DNA from: Lophium mytilinum
Lineage: Eukaryota
Direction: 5' to 3'
Assembly: GCA_010093605.1 (NCBI GenBank)
Contig: MU004197.1
Span: 62,001-126,000, forward strand
Length of the DNA stretch: 64,000 nt
Below the pieces are notes generated by a model, which saw only the letters and a list, made by a program, of their open reading frames with translations, was not told the origin of the DNA and did not search any database. Positions 36,248-47,900 of this stretch are shown piece by piece. Each line of letters begins with the position of its first letter. The stretch's first letter is position 1. A program made the translations under genes and the position numbers.

Positions 36248-36409
36248 TAAAAGACGAGGTGTGCAGGGGCAGGAGTGAGACGAGAGGTTGGGGGGAGACG
36301 TTCTGTGGGCTGCCTGTGGAGTGAAGAGGAACGAGGCGTCGGGGAAATGTTTTTGCGGTCGGGAAGGACTATGATCTTGTAACAGATCGGTGTTTCTGTA
36401 GCAAGGGTA

Positions 36410-36810
36410 TAGCATTGTCTGAGGTGGCCCAGCCAGCTTTTGGGGTGTCGAGGTGCTTCAGACGGCGGCATCCTGGCAATATTGGGCTCACCACACAGTG
36501 ACGTTTCAAGAGGTGAAGAGATATGATCTGACATAAATCGAGATTTAGAGCTTCAAATCTTCCTCTCACTGCGACGTGGAGAGCACCGTCTGAGGTGGCT
36601 AGAGGGGTTTTGTGGTGGTCCAAACACTCCTATCTGCATTTCCGTCAGATAGTTGAGGCATCTCAAACGGCGGCGGACCAGTGTGCGCAGTTACGGGGAC
36701 AGGTCTTTAAGAAAAATGATATAGAAGCTTGACCGAAGATGGGCAAGTATTTTAGAGCTAGAACTCCAGCTTTCTTCACAACCGTATGTGGCACTGCCTG
36801 AGGTGGTCCA
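36410..36810. repeat. Cluster of repeat-family cores in both orientations
   Basis: Reverse cores (ctgaggtgg) near 36419, 36590 and 36799. Forward cores near 36450, 36484 and 36655. Confidence 0.55.
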
Positions 36811-37461
36811 ACGAGCCCATCTATTATTTGAAATGAACTTCTTGGTGGTTTATACATTATAATAAGGCACTGCAGACACCGGCATACCGACGTACGCAAT
36901 TGTAGAGGGTATGTCTCTCGAGGCATAGAAGCTCAAAGCATGATGATACCCCTTCAGAGTTAGGATCCCTCTAATGCGACTGTGTAGATAGCACCGCCTG
37001 CGATGACCAAACGAGCCTATGAATCACTCTAATTAATTCTCTTGGGATTCCCCAAAATACGTTAGGATACTGCAGGTGCCGGCACGCGATGCACAAAGAC
37101 CCAACAAAGGCGGCTCGGAAGGCATAGAGGCTCAATCTAAGCTGCGCACGTGATTTAGGGCGCACATGCTCGTTCGGGGATCTTTGGAGACATAAGTGCC
37201 ATGAGGGTATTTACACTTGCATGCCCTTGTACGGGGTGGCTCTATCTATTATCCAGAATAGGAATTATATGCAAAGATTTGAAGGGTATATATTGGAGTG
37301 GAATAAGATGAGACTGATGATGTCACTAATTTGACCACTCCATATTAGACTATGAATTTGCCACTGTTTGGGATACCTCCGTGCGTTTTTGAAACTCTAG
37401 ACGATTGTGGAATCTGATGCACTGGAATCTGGACCACCTGTTGGCTGGTCAGCTTTCAGAC

Positions 37462-37492
37462 CTCGGGGCTACTCCTGACAGTGGCATCCAGC
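37462..37492 (+). repeat. Solo core of the repeat family
   Basis: ggggctactcctgacagtggcatccagc matches the core consensus. Confidence 0.7.
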
Positions 37493-37977
37493 GCTCCAAA
37501 GTCGCACTCAATTGACAGTATATCCACGTACTATGGCATAGGACCTGGTTCTAAGGATGTAATTACATACAAGGCTCAACGCATTCTATATCAGTCACCC
37601 ATGCTAACGTCCAAGCTTGTCTACGGGAAGCTGTTGAGGAACTTCAAACAGCGGCAAGAGGTTGTACAGAGCGCGTTCCGTGGTATTATTCATACACTAT
37701 TGTTTGACACGAGGTGGAAAAGACTGACGTCAGACCTTGTCTTCACCTTGATAGAATGACGTGTCTTGTGAGTACCAAAAGTTCTTGAAACCTCAGCGTA
37801 CCGCTATTAATGCTGACACAATTAATTTCCACAATAGAAAACACTTCCGTCGACGTCCAGCTACGGCTTTCTTTCGCAAACACAACGACCCCACCACACC
37901 CTCAGAAACCTAACACTCCGTGTCTCTTCCGCTATCAACACCAACGCCACCACCTACAACCTTCGCGAACATCCAAG

Positions 37978-39009
37978 ATGTGTGAATGTAAGGCACCCCC
38001 CACCCCGACCGACGCGATGGAAGTGGGCGCACAGAGGGACACTCCTCCTGAATCTCACGTCCTCGCCGCTGCCATCCTCGACCTCCTCGTCCCCAAAGAA
38101 CTCGACGACCTAGAGCTCCGCCCAGACGAACTCAGAGAAACCTGGCCCGAAGTCGCCGACGACATGTACGCCTTTCGCCTCAACGCCGTGCGCAAGCTCG
38201 CCACGACCTGCGACAGGTACAATAAGCGCTACCTCTGCCACAACACCCCCCTGCTGTCCGACGTCCAGCTCGTTGCCTTCAGCCGTGCCCGCGAAGCCGA
38301 GTTCTTCAAGTTCTTCCTGCGCCAAGAGATGGAGTACAAGCCCACCTCAGTCGCCTGGTACACCGAGCAGATCGAGAAGGAGAACTCAGCCGAGAAGAAT
38401 GAGCGCGCCAAGTGGACGAAGCGGGTGGAGACCTTCAAGACATACTGGGAGTCGGTCAAGCTGCTGGAAGAGCGACTGAAGCCGATGTCCCTCGTTGACA
38501 GGAGTGGAGCGCTGGGTCTGCCGCATATTGCCCGGCGCCAGTTGAAGTTACACAAGAACTTTAAACAGCTTCGGGAGAAGGCGTTGACTAGGCTGTATAA
38601 GCAGCATGGGCCGAGTAAGCTGTGGGGATTCTATGACCTGCCACAGTGGCCGAAATCGAAGGAGGCGGCTGTAGTTCATAGTTGTGTCACGAGGGAGGGG
38701 CAGGTCTTTCGGTGGTTTATGGGGTTGCAGGATCGGCTTCAGACTGAGAAGGGGTATCTCGAGGGCATTGATGAGGAGATTACTAAGGTCCGGGCGATGC
38801 GGAAGGAGGCTGAGGGGAAGCTGAAAGAGATCGGCGGCGTTGCTGAGCCTTCTGGTACGGCTGTCGAGAAAACTCGCACTGAGGAGGAGGCCAAGAAGAA
38901 AGAAGATAGGGGTACATCCACAGCGGTCAAGGTGGAGCTGGCACCCGGGGTGAAGAGGGGGGCACCTGAAGATGCTGAAGGATTGCTGAAGTATCTCAAA
39001 GTGGTCTGA
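37978..39009 (+). CDS. Hypothetical alpha-helical protein (~343 aa)
   Basis: Long ORF with strong GC3 codon bias from the ATG at 37978 (MCECKAPP) and coiled-coil-like segments. No domain recognised. Confidence 0.7.
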   Translation: MCECKAPPTPTDAMEVGAQRDTPPESHVLAAAILDLLVPKELDDLELRPDELRETWPEVADDMYAFRLNAVRKLATTCDRYNKRYLCHNTPLLSDVQLVAFSRAREAEFFKFFLRQEMEYKPTSVAWYTEQIEKENSAEKNERAKWTKRVETFKTYWESVKLLEERLKPMSLVDRSGALGLPHIARRQLKLHKNFKQLREKALTRLYKQHGPSKLWGFYDLPQWPKSKEAAVVHSCVTREGQVFRWFMGLQDRLQTEKGYLEGIDEEITKVRAMRKEAEGKLKEIGGVAEPSGTAVEKTRTEEEAKKKEDRGTSTAVKVELAPGVKRGAPEDAEGLLKYLKVV

Positions 39010-39249
39010 CTTCCTTTCATTTCCTCTATCTCAACAACTAGATCGAGACATCCAAAGCTCTATATCGTGTGGTAGTAATGTGATTCAAGTGACTATCTAC
39101 ATACAGCTGCAAGGGAAGCTAGAGTATTGAGACGCGCGCACACATACTAGACGTGCGTACTAAAAAAGGTAACACCCAACCCGTCGAAACATGATTGTAG
39201 ATGTAATACGTAACTTAGGCACACGGATATCGTTGTCTAAGTGTCATTT

Positions 39250-39450
39250 TTGCAAGCTGGACACCACTGTTGAGGGCGGCCCCATCGCGAGGATATATCT
39301 TGGTCAAAAGGAAGCTTGGATCACGCGGTCTAAAACTTGACATAACGCCTTGCTACTACGGTACTAGGCTACAAGTCTAGGCACATAGATATAGCACTAT
39401 TCAAGTATTGCTCTTGCAAGCTGGACGCCACTGTCAGAGGCAGCCCCATC
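39250..39450 (-). repeat. Two tandem units of the repeat family, reverse orientation
   Basis: gcaagctggacaccactgttgagggcggccccatcgcgagga at 39252 and gcaagctggacgccactgtcagaggcagccccatcgcgagga at 39416 (164 bp apart). Confidence 0.85.
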
Positions 39451-39651
39451 GCGAGGAGACCTCTTGGTCAAGAAGAAGGTCGGTTTACGCGTTGCGCTTA
39501 TGGTCGAGTTATATTGAAATAAAAGGCGGAGACATGCCACCGTCTGTAAAGCATTTTGAAAGTCCGCGTCACTGTGTCCCCGTTGATTCATCACTTTTCC
39601 CACCGTTACCTCCGACATGGCTTGGATGTAATTAGTTCTTCGCTGCAATGG

Positions 39652-41380
39652 CTAAATGATATCTCGCACTTCCCCGAGAGCGCGGTCATGGGAAGCATGT
39701 TGCTGGCGTATGTCTTGCAGAGCTCGCATAGACTCATTATACGCGCGGAGTTGACGCTCTTCTCGAGCTTCCATCTCGCTGCGCAGCTCTTCGATTGCGC
39801 GATCCTGTGCCGACTGTTGTTTTTTAAGAGTGTCTTGAAGCAGCCATATCGTTTCCTCATGTCGCTCGCGTTGCCTATCGTCGCGCTCCTGGAAAAACGG
39901 GAAAAACGCGATCATTTCGCTCAAGTGGAGGTGAAAGTCGTCGCGCACGGCGCGAGAAGCTAAATATTGTAAACAGAAAAGAGAACAAGGCGATGAAAGA
40001 TACTTATCACTCTCGTTGCGGCGGGCCACCCTTCTCTCGAACGCCCGCACTCTCATCGCACTCCGGCGCTCCACTACCAGTCCCGACGTGCTTTTCTCCT
40101 TTTATCAGCGGTTGGCGGCTTTCAAAAAGATAGACAGCGCACCAACTTCTATTCCATCGTGCCTTTTGTAATGATCTGTAAAAGAATTTATTCATCCCGG
40201 TAACAGTCTCCGCTACAATGGCGGCTTCATGGGTCAGTCGATCCCATCCGGTGGATATAACAGTGAGCATCGGACTATAGTAAGTATCGTAATTCCTACC
40301 CGAGGCACTGTCAAGACACTCCCCGGCAAAGTATAGCGTTTTCACGCCAGGACGATGTACCAAGGGCGGGTCGATCACTCCCTGGCACGAGAATGGGCCG
40401 ACCTCTAGGGAATGTAGTACAAAAACGCCTTTCCATTGTGTGCAGTTCATTTTTCGATGCGCAACCCACTTGAGGACCATAGCACGGACTTGGTCTTTGT
40501 CCGACAGGGATAAGCCGTTGCCATGACCCGGCATAGGAACGTGACATGGGTGGTTCCAATCTTGCAAGTCACCTCTTTTAGGTATGCCATAACTTAAAAG
40601 ATTGTTAGACATAGTGAAACAATTGACGTGGATAACATTTGAAAGAGAGCACGTACGGAACTTGACCCTTTCCCGTTGGATCTCGCATCGGCCAGCAATC
40701 TGCTCTATGAAGGTTGATTTTCCTGATCCCGGCATACCAATCACGGCCCAGACATGTTGATATGGAAGACGGCTAGGGATCTCCGGGTCGAGGACCTTGC
40801 TATCAAGGCCTGCTTCATGTGACTCGTCGTTCTGCTCGTCCTCTTCATCGGATTCGTCATCGGAGCTTGGAGTTTGTGGTAGTCGGGAAGCTTTTACTTC
40901 GGAAGCTTGACACTTTTCTGCTGATGCTCTTTGAGCTTGGGAGTACACTCTTTCTTTCTCCGATGACGCCTTCGAACCTCGCTGCGTGTTGTTAGACCTG
41001 AATACAACGGTTGATTTGGCTTCCGAGGCCGGCTTCTCTGCAGGGGACATCGTCGAATACTCTTTGCCGATGTCTTCAATCAAAGTCTCCGGGATGGCGT
41101 CGGTGTAGGCTTCCTTATCAGCATCGCTGCCCGCCCAGCCTTGGCGATGTGCGTGCTGTGACGAGGTGCTGCTAGCACTACTGGTAGGACCATCCTTTGG
41201 ACGCGAGAAACTTCGAGAACCAGGGAAGTCGTCGATCTACTTTTCGACATCTTGTAGATGCACTTCCTTGTCTTCTGCATTGTAGGCTTCCTTCTCCACT
41301 GAAGCATTCTTGGCGGAGAGTCCCTCACTCCGGCCGGGATACCCTAATTTGATCTTACCATCACCGCCAAGGACAGGCAT
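39652..41380 (-). pseudogene. P-loop GTPase-like gene with a C-terminal coiled coil; disrupted or incompletely resolved exon structure
   Basis: Walker A in AVIGMPGSGKSTFI and a G4-like VISTGWD. One in-frame TAG at 41237-41239 separates two in-frame ORFs. Probable intron near 40595-40655. Frame change near 40100. Confidence 0.5.
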
Positions 41381-41938
41381 ATCCAGAACGGCCGTATGAT
41401 GTATTAGAAGAGTTTTGGTCTCAGTATCCAGCCATATATGGACGTGTATATAACAAGAAGGAATGGACGTCGGCGAGAAGGCTGAGGCCGGCACCGTGCC
41501 GCCCGCCAAGATGTGGCATGCAGGAGCTGAACGACCTCGGGAAGGCAATAGTCTCAGCTCTTGGCTATATTGCTTTTGTCTAGAGATGTGGAGAGTCAAT
41601 GAAGATGGAAGCGACCGACTAATAAGTGCGTATCAGCTCTGAGCATTTGCTTCAAAAGTCGACGTTAGTATTTTTCACCACATCAATACAGCATCACCGT
41701 TGCAAATCTTAGTTTGTGTGAGACTCTAGAAATGCTGTATTGCATAGTTTCTAGACACGCAGACCTTGCATTACAGTAGCGCCGAATTGCCACCCCGTCT
41801 GAGCCACATAAGTAGACGCTGCATAGTGCAGTAAAGATCGCATGGGCTTGGAACCGTTGTCAAATCTGCGCACTACTGTCAGTCGCGTCCTTTGTTTCCC
41901 CATTTCAAGACTCGTACCTTGCTGCCTAGTTGTATTGC

Positions 41939-42163
41939 TCATTTCTCGTCCTCTGCGCCGTCATCGGCCTGCTCGGCCTCCTGCGCGGCCTCCTGCGCGG
42001 CCTCCTGCGCATCCTCTAGCGCAGCTTCCTGCTCGGCCTCCCACTCGGCCTCCTGCTGTTCCTGAGCATCAGCCTCGGCAGCTCTATCTTCTTCTTCCTG
42101 CATCTCCTGCTCCATCCACTCCACATAATGGTCCTCCATGTGCTGATCTGCTAATTCGCCCAT
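41939..42163 (-). CDS. Small, very acidic helical protein (~74 aa)
   Basis: MGELADQHMEDHYVEWMEQEMQEEED...AQEAAQEAAQEAEQ. An intron-like segment (CCTAAC...CAG) lies just upstream. Confidence 0.4.
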   Translation of the reverse strand: MGELADQHMEDHYVEWMEQEMQEEEDRAAEADAQEQQEAEWEAEQEAALEDAQEAAQEAAQEAEQADDGAEDEK

Positions 42164-42952
42164 GTTGTCGGTTGGTTGTTGGAAGATGGTAGTCTGTGAA
42201 GAGTTAGGGGAGTCGAAGCGGTGCATATGGTTCCATCACCTTTGGTATGCGAAGTTTCGGTTGCGGCTGTGAGAAGAATCAGGTTTCCTGACAAGGCTGA
42301 GGTTGCGTTGACTGTGGACGAAGATGGAGAGTTGGAGGATCCATGGAAGATAGATATAGATCGATCGGGCGCGCACGTTCACGGCCCGCCCGATCGGTCC
42401 ATCCAAGATCCCGGGTGCGCTTAGCGATCGATTGGCGGACGACGTCATTTTCTTCAAGATCATACTCTTATTCACTATTCCTTACTTAGTTAAGGGGCTG
42501 TGTTATATGATTTGAGTAACGATGTTTGGACTGGAGGATCGTAGTATTCTAATAGAGTCTGCTGAGAGAAAATGCCGCAGACCAAGGTTGCACTTGTGAA
42601 GCTATGCTCGTGATGTATATTGTACGCATGCTAGCGAGCTGTACAAAGCAGATGCGAGCACGGCGGTGTTCGGGCCAATCCGTCAAAATTAACTTATTGA
42701 GATAGTTGATTTTTATGCGATTTCCAATTCTAGTTTTGAGCGCATCAATGTAACCATACTTCGAGGGTTTAGCTAGAGACACTGTGATAAGTAGAGGATT
42801 GATACGACGGATGAGGCGGAAAGGAGGTCGTGGGGCGAGCGACGTTCCACGGAAGTTTCCGGACGGAACCGGAGCGGCCTTTAGTTTAGCCGAAGCTTAA
42901 CGCGACCGCAGCATCGTTCCATCCCAAAACACCACCAGCACACATAGCCATC

Positions 42953-44134
42953 ATGGCGCCGCAAAGTCGAGGCAATACCGTACCTGCGGGCTTCCAATCG
43001 AAGTCTACCCCCAATCTCCCAACCCTCCGCTCACTGGAAATGACGCCCGCCTCGAAATCCGCCCTCGCATCGCCCGAAAATCAAGCACACTCGAGCGGTC
43101 CCCTCGTATCTCCTACCATAACCACCTCCTCGTCCGAACCGCTATCCGAACCTCCCTCTGTACCCGCCTCCGTGGAAGACAACGATGAGGATGAAGAAGA
43201 CGACGATCTCTTCGGGATGAACCCCTCAGACTCCGACAGCGACAGCGACCCGAACCCCGCGCCCGCCTCGCGCCCCCTCTATACCTCCCGCTCGCACACC
43301 CACCTCCCGCCGCATACTGTTAGCAGCCTCTTTCCGCCCTTCTACAATCGCCCGCCGACGCCACTCCCTCCATCGCCGAGTCTCACCTCCCTCCTCCGCC
43401 CCTCCTTCAGCACCCAGACCTCGCGCCCAACCACCCCCGACAGCTCCGACGTCGACATAACTACAACTCCCAACTCTTCCGCTACCCTAGCCCGCCTCAC
43501 GACCTCCGCGCGTGCCGCGCCAACCGTGCCTCGCGCGAGCCCCAAGGTCCCGACCTACGAATACTACGGCTTCGCGCTCTACCTCGCCAGCAGCGCCGCG
43601 TTCTGCATGTACATACTCTGGGCATACCTCCCGTCGCCTTTCCTGCATCAACTGGGGATTCACTACTTCCCGGACCGGTGGTGGGCGCTAGCCGTGCCAG
43701 CGTGGCTGGTCGTTGGGGTGGGATGGATATACGTCGCGCTGGCGAGCTATAATACTGGATACCTGACGCTACCTCTCAAGAGCTGCGAGAATTTGGTGGA
43801 TGCGTGCGCGGCGGTTGCGGTGGTGGATCGGCGGAACGGGAAGATTGTGAGGGGCCGCGCGCGGCGGGTGGAGGAACGAGAGGGGGGGAAGGGCGGGACG
43901 AGGAGTAATTCGCTGAGTCTGTATCAGTATGGCGCAGAGGAGGAGGTTGATTGGAGGAGGTTGTGGTCGATGGGGACGGATGCCGTTATGGATGTGCCGA
44001 TTGGAGGCGTCTGTGAGATTCTGTATGGGGATGGGCGGGATAGAGAGCCCTGGGAGATGGAGAGCAATGCTGGGGATGATAGTGGGGAAAAAAAAGTTGG
44101 GATGTCGCATCATAGAGAATCAGCTGAGACCTGA
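42953..44134 (+). CDS. GPI19: GPI-GlcNAc transferase subunit P (PIG-P/Gpi19) with a fungal N-terminal low-complexity extension
   Basis: PIG-P signature YEYYGFALYLAS...YILWAYLPSPFLHQLGIHYFPDRWWALAVPAW and C-terminal VMDVPIGGVCEILY. Confidence 0.92.
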   Translation: MAPQSRGNTVPAGFQSKSTPNLPTLRSLEMTPASKSALASPENQAHSSGPLVSPTITTSSSEPLSEPPSVPASVEDNDEDEEDDDLFGMNPSDSDSDSDPNPAPASRPLYTSRSHTHLPPHTVSSLFPPFYNRPPTPLPPSPSLTSLLRPSFSTQTSRPTTPDSSDVDITTTPNSSATLARLTTSARAAPTVPRASPKVPTYEYYGFALYLASSAAFCMYILWAYLPSPFLHQLGIHYFPDRWWALAVPAWLVVGVGWIYVALASYNTGYLTLPLKSCENLVDACAAVAVVDRRNGKIVRGRARRVEEREGGKGGTRSNSLSLYQYGAEEEVDWRRLWSMGTDAVMDVPIGGVCEILYGDGRDREPWEMESNAGDDSGEKKVGMSHHRESAET

Positions 44135-44796
44135 GCCCTCCAGCCTTAATTCAATAAAGTATCATCAAGTCTTATGTTTTATGATTATTAGTCAATGCTG
44201 CGAAGGAGTCCGGACCGTGGCATGGCATGCTAACGAGAGCATTAGTAGCGTGAACCAGAGTTGCACAGCGGTGTTCTTCATGCCATATCCAAAGTCTCGA
44301 ACTCTCCTTGAAGGACTTCAAACCAGATCATAGCACGGTCATCCTCACGTTCTCACCCATCTAAATCACACGCTACTGTTTTGACATGATCATTCCCTAT
44401 AATCTATGAATCTCGTCAAACTAATCAACCCACCCCAAGACGGAACGCACGACTCGCAATACACGCACACAAGCCGGTCCAGCGTCCAGCAACCGCAAAA
44501 GTCAACCTCTCCCTTCTAGCGGGACACCTAAATAGGCGTCAAACCATCCATTGAAAGAAGTGCGTAAGCAATACACCAGACCATCGCCGTGAAAACAAAT
44601 CGGAACGCCCAAATCAGCACCAGCGGATCCAGCAACCACCATGTTGCGTCTTCGTCCCGGGGCGGTACCTAACAAGGCGCCACGGCTCCCGTGAGAAGAC
44701 TAGATCTTCGCTGTGCGACACTAACTAATACTGGGGGGGCTTTTCTGGGAGATTGGGGATTTTTGGGGGGTGGGTGGTTTGAAATGAAATCGTCAA

Positions 44797-44900
44797 CTCT
44801 CTCAGTCTCTCTCTCAGTCTCTCTCTCTCAGTCTCTCTCTCTCAGTCTCTCTCTCTCAGTCTCTCTCTCTCTCTGTCTCTCTCTCTCTGTCTCTCTCTCT
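44797..44900. repeat. Interrupted (CT)n microsatellite
   Basis: CT runs punctuated by CAGT or CTGT every 10-14 bp, just 3' of the stop codon at 44916. Confidence 0.95.
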
Positions 44901-44915
44901 TCCGTTGAGCACCGC

Positions 44916-47900
44916 TCAATCTTCCTCGGACTCGAAGCCGAAATCTGTCTCGTCCTCCACGTATCCTGCCTTTCCCGGTGTAATAACCGCCGGGGCCGAC
45001 GGGGTCACAGCCACCTGGGTCGACGGGGTCGCAGCCACCTGGGTTGATGGGGTCGCAGCCGCCGGGGTCGACGGGGTCGCGGCTGGTGGGGTAGCGACGG
45101 AGCTGGCTCCAATAGCGGGAGAGGCGGTGGAGGGGGTCGGTGTGGACGGGATAGCGGAGAGCAAAGGGGTCGTTGCAACTATCGGCGCCGTTGTGTCATT
45201 CTCAGCCTGGGCTGTAGCTAAACCAGAGCTCAAAACGCCGAAAACTGGAGGCGGTGCGCCAAAAGCGGTATCAAATTGTGGCTTCATGGGGGACTGTGAC
45301 GCAATATGATTAGTTATTGTCGACGGAATAACATTAATTACTAAGGATTGAGGGTTTACAAGACATACCAGGCTAGTCTCCTCCTCCGCTGCTTCAAAGT
45401 TGGCATAGACCGCGGCCTTGCGGTGTGCGGCAGCCTTTGCTACGGCAGCTTTGCGATTTGCGGCAGCCTTTGCTACGGCATTGCTGGGACCCTTCACGCC
45501 ACCAGCCTTGGGAGTCTCGGGACCCTGAGGATGCTGTTCGATCGTCGTGCCGTTTTGGGTTACCTCGACCCCTTTTGAGGGAAAGCTTCCATCTGTAAAC
45601 TGGGAGGCATCGAACTTGACAGCGGTTGGCGGCGGGGCAGCCCTCGAACTATTGATGGGGGTAAAGGCGAACGGCGCTACGATAGGTGTTTCCGGGACTA
45701 TTGCCGTCACTGGGAGCTGCACTGGAGTGGGGTAAAGTTCTATACCAGAGCTCTGTGTAGGCGCCTTTCGCCTGAGCTTAGGAAAAGCTTTACGAGGTTT
45801 CGGCGTCGACGGAGGCTCAGGGGAGTTGGACTTTGTATCGGAGGCCAATCCGGTGGCGTTTGTAGTAGGAGGATTCACGGGGGCTGGCGTAGAGTTTGCA
45901 TCTTCCATTGCGTCCGTTGAAGGAGGGTTTGGCTCCACGATGTTGGCAACCTGCGCGGTTTGCGCTGAGGGCTCGGGGGAGTTGGACATAGAACCGGAAG
46001 CCGGTCCTGTACCATGTGCAGCAGGAGGCTTTGCGAGAGCTGGAGTAGGAATGGCATCTTGCTTCACCTCCTTTGAAGGAGCGCTCGGCTCCACGACGTT
46101 GAAGAACTTTGACTTTTGCGCGAAGAACTTCGGCGCCATGCTGCCCTCGAGAACAGACAAAGAAAGCCCGCTATTGGTCTGGGTGCTCGCACCCTCTGCC
46201 GCCTTCTCTTGCTCGTTCGTGACATTCGTATTCGGCTGCTTGATGTCGGAAAATAGCCCGGAAAACTTTGGTTGCGCGTCCTGCGCCGCAGAAATTCCTG
46301 TAAAGAGACCCTCGGTCTTAGCTCCATTAACTGGGGCAGCTACCGCTGCCATCTTGAACTGGGCGAAAGGATTGCCCGTCATAACAGTCTTGGTCCCTTC
46401 AGTGGCGAATATTGACTGCGCTTTCGGTCCTGGAACAGGAGCAAAGACTGGCTTGCCTTGCAATTGAGGTAGAGCGGACTGAGCTGGTAGTCCTAGCTTT
46501 GAAGCGACGTCGGGGGCTGCCGGAGAAATTATGCTGCTAATATTATTCGATTGCAGCACGACATCCGGTTTCTGAAGTCCTGTAGCAGCCCTCTGCGACT
46601 CTTTTTGGGCCCTCCTGGACACCCTGGGGGTTGCGAACTTGCGCAAAGGGGTCGTAGAAACCTCGGGCTTTTGGAGCTCGCCGGGTGAAGAAACGGCCGC
46701 ACCAATTGAGTCAGGCACGGAAGCAGTCTGAGAGTCGCTTGCGCCAGCAGTCTCGCCAAGCTTCTCAGCTTTTTGCTTGCCATCAACGATAGGCGAAGCA
46801 CGTCCGGATCCAGCATCCTTTGGCAGAGGGAGGGAAGACAAACCCTGATTTGCGGAGGTTGGCGTCGTGATAGGCTTCTGACAGGGAGAAGCTGATGTCA
46901 AACTCAACAACGAGTCATTTCCGGTGTGAGGAATGGCGCTCTTGTCGGTGGCGATATTGCTGGGAGCCGCTCCTGGCTGTGTGATATAAGCAGTGTTGAC
47001 AATATTGGCAGAGGCGATCCCAATGGTCTTTGCCTCATTCCTCTTCTCGGCAATCTCCTTTCTCTTAGCAGCAGCCTCCTTCGCCAGATTTTCTCTCATC
47101 ATTCCAAGCCGCACCTTTCTCTTCTCCGATTGGCATTGTTCCTCCTCGTCAATACCGTCGTCTTTCATCACCACAGTCTCTTCGGTGGGCTGCTTAATGT
47201 GACTTTTTCCGGCAGGTTTTGCAGTCTGAACATCCCAAGTAGGGGATGCGGCTACCCATACTGATGCAGTCTTAAAGACGGGATCGTCTTGTTTAGACGT
47301 CGAAGCTGACGGTACCTTCTGATCTTCGGGGGGTGTAACACGCTTGACCTGAGATTTTGGACTATCTGCCGCGATGACCTCATTGGAAGCATCGACTGTG
47401 GCAACAGGGCTCTCAGTCTTGGATACCTCGGCCACGGGGAGCTTGACCTCAGTTGCCACGTTCTTCGCCGCGACGACCTTCTCGGGAACGATGATGGTGG
47501 CGGCAGGGCTCGGGATATCTTGTTCTTTGACTACGGGAATCTTGACTTCAAATTCAAAATTCTCTTCGGCAATAGTGTCGCGTGGAGTCGGATGAAGGGC
47601 ATGCTGACGTTCAGTAAGAGTGGCGAGAGTTTCGTTAACCTCCTGATCGTCCTCTTCGTCCTGTTCTTCCTCTTCGTTTTCTTCAACATCATCCTTATCA
47701 TCTTCATCGAGGGTGGCAGGGGTTTCGTCGACCTCTTGTTCGTCGTCCTGTTCGTCCTGTTCTTCCTCTTCGTCCTTTTCGTCCTCTTCGTACTGTTCAA
47801 CATCATCCTTCTCATTTTCATCATTGCCCTGTTCGAAGTCGGTGTCCTCAGAAGATTCATCGTCACTATCCTCAACGAGGTACTCGATTTCACCCGTGGT

